From Candidatus Electrothrix sp. GW3-4 (GTDB lineage Bacteria; Desulfobacterota; Desulfobulbia; Desulfobulbales; Desulfobulbaceae): a stretch of 32,000 nucleotides of DNA. Within the stretch, counting starts at the first letter, position 1, and every line of letters begins with the position of its first letter. The DNA lies in NCBI RefSeq assembly GCF_037902255.1, contig NZ_CP147990.1, positions 1,920,001 to 1,952,000 on the forward strand. The letters run 5' to 3'. The position numbers were made by a program, and so were the translations under genes. The notes under the pieces were generated by a model that was given only the letters and a program-made list of their open reading frames with translations, was not told the DNA's origin and did no database searches. Below, piece by piece: positions 27,329 to 32,000 of the stretch.

Positions 27329-28204
27329 ATGCAAGCGAAAGAGGAAGAAAAAAAGGTCGTCGATGAGGACTCAATGCCAACCACGGGGATGTGTTTTCGC
27401 AATCATCTTTCCCCACCTCAATTTCCCACCCCTTGGGCTGTGGATTGGGGGGAGGACAGGTACGGGCTGTGGATGAGTTTTGCCTTGAACCAGATCAGGC
27501 AAACCCTCCGCTGGATCAGACCAGGAACCTTTCTCATGGGGGCGACAAAGGACGAAAATGGACAACGGCCCTGGCTGGGCCGGGAAACACAACACAAGGT
27601 AACTCTGACCAAGGGGTTCTGGCTGGCTGACACCACGGTTACCCAGGAAATGTGGTACACTGTAATGCACCTTTCTCCAAGCGGCTTCAGAGGTGATCAG
27701 AACCCAGTTGAACGAATAAGCTGGCACGATGCCCAAATCTTTGTTCAGCGTCTCCAGCGACGTATACCAGGTCTTCATGCACGACTGCCCACAGAGGCGG
27801 AATGGGAATATGCCTGTCGAGCAGGGACAACTTCTCCCTTTTCCTTGGGGCCTGATATCTCCCCGGAACAGGTCAACTATAACGGCAGATACCCCTACCG
27901 CTCTCAAGAAAAAGGCCTTTTCCGCAAAAGGACCGTTATAGCAAAAAGTCTCCCTCGCAATAGCTGGGGATTATACGAAATGCATGGCAATGTCTGGGAG
28001 TGGTGTCAGGATTATTGGCAGCCCGACCTGGAAACACGGCCTTCAGTTAATCCGCAAGGAGCAAAGAGGGGAAACTACCGCTCAATACGCGGAGGCTCCT
28101 GGGTAAGTGACGCCTGTTTTATCCGTTCAGCCTGCCGCGACCGCTTTGCACCAGATTATTGCCTTGGCAGTGTGGGGGTGAGACTGGCAATAAATGCGGA
28201 GTAG
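27329..28204 (+). CDS. stand-alone FGE-sulfatase (SUMF1/EgtB/PvdO-like) domain protein
   Basis: RWIRPGTFLMGATKDE, HKVTLTKGFWLADTTVTQ, PVERISWHDA, LPTEAEWEYACRAGT, NSWGLYEMHGNVWEWCQD, IRGGSW, VGVRLAI. It starts 25 nt after the previous gene. Confidence 0.85.
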   Translation: MQAKEEEKKVVDEDSMPTTGMCFRNHLSPPQFPTPWAVDWGEDRYGLWMSFALNQIRQTLRWIRPGTFLMGATKDENGQRPWLGRETQHKVTLTKGFWLADTTVTQEMWYTVMHLSPSGFRGDQNPVERISWHDAQIFVQRLQRRIPGLHARLPTEAEWEYACRAGTTSPFSLGPDISPEQVNYNGRYPYRSQEKGLFRKRTVIAKSLPRNSWGLYEMHGNVWEWCQDYWQPDLETRPSVNPQGAKRGNYRSIRGGSWVSDACFIRSACRDRFAPDYCLGSVGVRLAINAE

Positions 28205-28260
28205 GAAAATCAGGACAATGCGTCGCTTATTGCCTCAAGAAAAAAGAGACGGATCCTAAA

Positions 28261-28671
28261 TTATGCGGCAGTATCATAGTAGCCGTAATAAGAAATTTTA
28301 CACTTACTCATATAGATACCGTTTCTCCCGCAGGAAGAGCAGCGAACCTTTTGAGATTTTTTTGGGGTAACAAAATTTGTACTCAGCAGGGTGCGCAGAA
28401 CAAGAGATTTCGGGTAGGCAGCATCCACCAATGCGGTAAAGACAAAGTCGTACATGGTTATCTTTTTTTGGCATTGACATCTGCATGCCTCCGACTCAAA
28501 AAAATACGCATTATTGCTCAATGTGCCGGAATAAACATCAAGCAGACGTTCTATCGCCTCGATATCAGACTGCTTTACCGGAGATATTCGTGATTCCTCT
28601 CCGTTGTCAACGAACCGTAACTCGCCGAACCCATCTTTTGTCATCGACTTGATTAAATAATAATAGCTCAT
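28261..28671 (-). CDS. hypothetical Cys-rich protein (possible zinc ribbon)
   Basis: I prefer the start at the internal ATG 28671 (MSYYYLIK), which has GGGAG 6 nt upstream. It contains CRCQC and CSSCGRNG. I recognise no family. It is convergent with the FGE-like gene. Confidence 0.4.
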   Translation of the reverse strand: MSYYYLIKSMTKDGFGELRFVDNGEESRISPVKQSDIEAIERLLDVYSGTLSNNAYFFESEACRCQCQKKITMYDFVFTALVDAAYPKSLVLRTLLSTNFVTPKKSQKVRCSSCGRNGIYMSKCKISYYGYYDTAA

Positions 28672-29227
28672 AATGCTCCCTTTTCGCTCTGGCCCTTTGT
28701 GCTTTTTGGAGATTCTGCCTTCTGCCCTTCTCAACTGACTTTTTTTATTCAGAAGAGCAAGGAATATACCGAGAAATAATCCCCACACCATCAAGAGAAG
28801 CTATCTTGTTCTTCTTTCGCAATAAATCAATATTCATTTTTAGCAGAATAACAACCTGCCACTCCTTATTTATCCGCACTTAACAGATATTTATTACATA
28901 GCCCATTTCTGCTATCGGGTATTTTTAACCCAATGGATCAAGGAGGATTACAACGACAGGAAGGGAGCATTTCACCATGCCAAAATGTATATTTTTTACA
29001 CAACCAACAAATACCTTCTGGGTAAAATACAAGGTAAAATGGAGGCCTCATGAGTCATGAGAAAAAAATTACAGGAAAAAACCACTCACATCTATAACAA
29101 AAAAATACAAAACCAAGAAGCTACCCTTTTTCTACAGCAAGATAGGAGGAGCCGTTAGAGACAGGTCATCCCTCTGATCAGTCACACCATATCGGGTAAA
29201 AAATATACACTTAAAGTACGAATAAAG

Positions 29228-29256
29228 TTGACAGGCAGCGCCAGGAAACGTATCGT
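29228..29256 (+). promoter_or_regulatory. candidate sigma70 promoter for the structured leader
   Basis: TTGACA (29228-29233), 17-nt spacer, TATCGT (29251-29256). Confidence 0.35.
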
Positions 29257-29286
29257 TAAAATATATATAAGGCGTGCTTATTAACG

Positions 29287-29398
29287 AGCAGGTGCCTTGC
29301 TTTCTGGATGAGCCGGAAAGCTGATAAAGCCACAGCCGCCGTGAGGCGGTGTCGGAAAGCCACGGATCTCCAATAAGGAGACCGCCGGGCTACCTGCT
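29287..29398 (+). promoter_or_regulatory. structured 5' leader; possible divergent cobalamin (B12) riboswitch
   Basis: The closing helix is AGCAGGTGCC (29287-29296) / GGC-T-ACCTGCT (29388-29398). GCCACAG is followed by the GNRA hairpin GCCGCC-GTGA-GGCGGT and then GGAAAGCC, mirroring the GCCACUG-hairpin-GGGAAGGC core I recall. AAGGAGACCGCCGGGC resembles the B12 box (..GGAGACCKGCC). The hairpin TCTCC-AATAA-GGAGA is also present. The GGUGnAAnUCC element is not evident. Confidence 0.4.
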
Positions 29399-29426
29399 TT
29401 TCCTTTCATATCAGGAGGCATAAGTT

Positions 29427-29651
29427 ATGCGTACCACGGAATCCGCACCCCACCTCGATTCAATCATTGCGACAGGACCTCTTCCTGCCCACGTAGACCT
29501 TTTTTTTCTCGCGCAAGAGAAATACCATCCGGCCCATTGCACACCCCTTTCTGACTCTGCACAGCAATCTTTAGCCCAAGAAACAGCCCTTGTTAACTCA
29601 CAACTTCAAGCGCAGTACCAATTGCATCCGAAATTTCTTCAATCATCTTAA
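29427..29651 (+). CDS. hypothetical 74-aa protein
   Basis: ATG is preceded by AGGAGG at 8-nt spacing. It is the first ORF after the structured leader. No recognisable motif. Confidence 0.4.
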   Translation: MRTTESAPHLDSIIATGPLPAHVDLFFLAQEKYHPAHCTPLSDSAQQSLAQETALVNSQLQAQYQLHPKFLQSS

Positions 29652-29720
29652 TCGAGCCAGGCTCTTTTAGTGATGAGCTATACCCTATTAAAGTCATGAA
29701 GAAACATTAAGGAGCAGATC

Positions 29721-30434
29721 ATGAAAACAGAAAAAGTATATTCAATTCATTTTGATTTTCGACAGAAAGAGCAGAAAAGGATACTTGAGTACATGCAGCA
29801 GAGAGGATATAAGCTGCTGGGATTTAAAGGCGCTGAAGGGGATGGACAGGTTGCAGGTATTCCTGTTTGGTTCTCTGTTCCATATATCAGAATGGCTGGT
29901 GAGGTGAGGAATGTCTATCAGTCGCTCTACAAGGTATATTATGTAGACTCGTCAACAGCGTCAGACAAGGCAATTCGCATGACAGCCCTGTCCGAGGTCG
30001 TGGAGCTTGGTTCCAAAGTGACCCTGCAGAAAGATGGCCACTTTACAGTTGAACCAGGTGGCCCTGAAAACGCCATACTCTTTATCAACAACAGAGCTGT
30101 TGATAGCGGAACCATTACCGTTGGCCTGGCGTCCCTTATTAACGGAAGCTACGCGCCGTTTTGCGCCTTCAAGGCTGTTCCGCAGAAGCCACTACATATG
30201 GCGCCCAACGATAAAATTTGCTTATTTGCAGTTCCTACAGTGACAAGAGCAGGCTCAGTTGCAGCCCAAGCTGTTACGGAGGGGGCATTATTCGAGCTTG
30301 ATGCGCCGCATAACTGTTTACACCTGAAAATGAAACAGGAAGGAGATGGGTTCAACCCGGTATCCTGGGGTATGCCAGTTAGAGAGGTGCATCCAGGAGA
30401 CCCACTGACCCAGTTAATGGATTGCCATCATTAA
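29721..30434 (+). CDS. hypothetical 237-aa protein
   Basis: AAGGAG lies 7 nt upstream of the ATG. The reading frame is clean and is followed by a strong terminator. I recognise no family motif. Confidence 0.6.
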   Translation: MKTEKVYSIHFDFRQKEQKRILEYMQQRGYKLLGFKGAEGDGQVAGIPVWFSVPYIRMAGEVRNVYQSLYKVYYVDSSTASDKAIRMTALSEVVELGSKVTLQKDGHFTVEPGGPENAILFINNRAVDSGTITVGLASLINGSYAPFCAFKAVPQKPLHMAPNDKICLFAVPTVTRAGSVAAQAVTEGALFELDAPHNCLHLKMKQEGDGFNPVSWGMPVREVHPGDPLTQLMDCHH

Positions 30435-30498
30435 CAGACACCCACTCTCGGCCTCCCGGGACTGACTGAGAAGACCTTTATACAGACAAAGGCAGCTG

Positions 30499-30540
30499 AT
30501 CGGGTTTTTCCTGTACAAGGAAAAACCCGATTTATTTTTT
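30499..30540 (+). terminator. strong Rho-independent terminator
   Basis: 13-bp stem ATCGGGTTTTTCC / GGAAAAACCCGAT, loop TGTACAA, then TTTATTTTTT. Confidence 0.85.
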
Positions 30541-30651
30541 CTCTTGCCCTTGCAAAAAAACGCATTTCTTGTCAAATATATCCGTTGCAGAAAATACTCA
30601 GGCAAAACCTCACTATCTCCCCACCAATATTATCAGGTAATTTATCAGATA

Positions 30652-30969
30652 ATGGAAAAAAAATACTGCCTTGTTATAACGTCCTACGCAGATGAAGAAA
30701 ATGGCAAAAAAATCATTGACGCCCTCCTCACGGCACGCTTAGCGGCCTGTGTCCAGGTCATACCAATCCAGAGCTATTACCATTGGCAGGGAAAAAGAGC
30801 CAGCGATGAAGAAAAACTCCTCCTCATCAAAACAAAATCCTCTCTGTACAGCAAAGTGCAGGAGGTTATTATTACTCATCACGCTTATGAACTCCCTGAG
30901 GTCATTCAAGTGCCGATCTCAGCAGGTTCTGCTGGATATCTGCATTGGCTTGAAAAAGAATGCTGTTAA
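30652..30969 (+). CDS. cutA: divalent-cation tolerance protein CutA
   Basis: A 105-aa product from ATG 30652, with LAACVQ, YxWxG and ELPE blocks typical of CutA1. The track's 30544 start adds an unlikely 36-aa extension that runs into the terminator tail. Confidence 0.85.
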   Translation: MEKKYCLVITSYADEENGKKIIDALLTARLAACVQVIPIQSYYHWQGKRASDEEKLLLIKTKSSLYSKVQEVIITHHAYELPEVIQVPISAGSAGYLHWLEKECC

Positions 30970-31964
30970 CCCTTCCTATGTCCTTTTTACTTGTTCTTTT
31001 TTTAGCCTGTCTTCTAGACCTTATTTTCGGAGACCCACGCTGGCTTCCCCACCCGGTCCGGCTTATCGGACGAGTTGCTCTATTGGCAGAATCTCTGACC
31101 AGAAAGCTGCCCGTAACCGCATATAAGAGTGGTAGATTGACTGTACTGATTGTACTATGCTGCACCGGAGGAGCCTGTCTTGGTCTTTTTTTCTTGTTAT
31201 CCTCCTCATCGCAGCCCTTGTTTATCTTGGGCGCGACCCTTGCTCTCTACACCACTCTTGCAGCCCGCGATCTGATCTTTCATGCCCGCCAGGTTGTTGA
31301 TGCACTCGCGCTTGATATGGAAACAGCCAGGAAACAGGTAGGTATGATTGTGGGAAGAGATACTGACCAGCTGGATACTGCAGGCATTGTTCGGGCCTGT
31401 GTGGAGAGCGTTGCAGAAAATATGTCAGATGGGATTATCGCACCATTATTTTGGTCGCTGATCGGTGCCGGGCTTGGTCAATCCTTGAGCGGGACTCCGA
31501 TTATCTGGGGGGTAACAGCTGCGATGCTCTATAAGGCCGTCAATACCATGGACTCCATATTCGGATATAAAAACACGCGCTACCTGCAATTCGGCTCCAG
31601 TGCAGCCCACCTTGATGATCTGGTCAACTTTCTCCCTGCCCGAATTTCAGGGATCTCTCTTGTTCTTGCATCCCTGCTCTGCCGTTGTGATATGAAAAAT
31701 AGTTTTCGGATTCTCCGAAGAGACCGGAAGCAGCACAGTAGCCCCAATGCGGGTTGGCCAGAGGCAGCTATGGCTGGCGCCTTGGGGATTCAGCTTGGCG
31801 GCGACTCCTCATATTTTGGCAAAATAACCCAAAAACCAACTATAGGCGATGCCCTTGTACGGCCAGTGACAACCCACATCTTCCAGGCAAACACGCTGAT
31901 TTTACTAGCATCATTACTCTGCCTTCTCTTTTTTAGCGCCCTCTATGCATTGTTTCTTTTTTAG
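30960..31964 (+). CDS. cbiB: adenosylcobinamide-phosphate synthase (CbiB/CobD)
   Basis: Membrane protein with an N-terminal LLDLIFGDPRWLPHPVRLIG, plus NxxDGIIAPLFW and SPNAGWPEAAMAGALG blocks characteristic of CbiB. It overlaps the cutA stop by 10 nt. Confidence 0.9.
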   Translation: MLLTLPMSFLLVLFLACLLDLIFGDPRWLPHPVRLIGRVALLAESLTRKLPVTAYKSGRLTVLIVLCCTGGACLGLFFLLSSSSQPLFILGATLALYTTLAARDLIFHARQVVDALALDMETARKQVGMIVGRDTDQLDTAGIVRACVESVAENMSDGIIAPLFWSLIGAGLGQSLSGTPIIWGVTAAMLYKAVNTMDSIFGYKNTRYLQFGSSAAHLDDLVNFLPARISGISLVLASLLCRCDMKNSFRILRRDRKQHSSPNAGWPEAAMAGALGIQLGGDSSYFGKITQKPTIGDALVRPVTTHIFQANTLILLASLLCLLFFSALYALFLF

Positions 31965-32000
31965 GAGTACTCAGTGAATCTTCACCACACCTGCTTGTAA

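Noticed and set aside
28977-29095. Two mini-ORFs in the AT-rich spacer: a 27-aa MPKCIFFTQPTNTFWVKYKVKWRPHES and a 15-aa MSHEKKITGKNHSHL, each with a nearby purine-rich stretch.
   Set aside because: They are too short and too AT-rich to distinguish from chance, and conservation cannot be assessed here.
31974-32000. A GTG preceded by AGGAG just after cbiB, suggesting the start of another gene.
   Set aside because: That frame hits TAA at 31998-32000 after 8 codons. No call is possible at the window edge.
1-32000. I looked for CRISPR arrays, rRNA or tRNA genes, and IS-element terminal inverted repeats.
   Set aside because: I saw no regularly spaced direct repeats, no rRNA-like or cloverleaf-capable sequence, and no clear terminal inverted repeats around the rpn gene.

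Overview
This is a bacterial chromosomal segment. Gene content suggests an anaerobic Desulfobacterota-like organism, but that taxon is a guess. Most of the window is housekeeping: tandem di-haem cytochrome c peroxidases, the cdaA-cdaR-glmM operon, prmA, mutY, a TPP-riboswitch-controlled thiS-thiG-thiH, thiE-thiC, cutA and cbiB. Four things stand out. (1) Two selenoprotein genes are hidden from the stop-to-stop ORF track by in-frame TGA codons. One is a SelD-like gene with TGA at the catalytic Cys/Sec position. The other is an untracked 71-aa SelW/Rdx-type CxxU protein. Each has a SECIS-like hairpin just downstream. (2) The thiamine cluster is split by about 3.9 kb of accessory DNA. This insert holds an AT-rich orphan membrane gene, selO, an Rpn/PD-(D/E)XK putative transposase and a DUF985 cupin. 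Short duplicated 5' fragments of the rpn and cupin genes sit upstream of selO. (3) An AT-richer accessory stretch between thiC and cutA carries a tight three-gene operon: a MoxR/AAA_5-like ATPase with a K/R-rich insertion, an 826-aa protein ending in an FGE-sulfatase-like domain, and a second stand-alone FGE-like protein. Neither FGE-like domain shows the catalytic Cys pair and no sulfatase is nearby. This is my best candidate for an undescribed NTPase-plus-sensor system. (4) A structured 5' leader with cobalamin-riboswitch-like motifs precedes two hypothetical genes. I saw no rRNA, tRNA or CRISPR array. All homology calls come from reading motifs by eye and from recalled family signatures. 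No searches were run.
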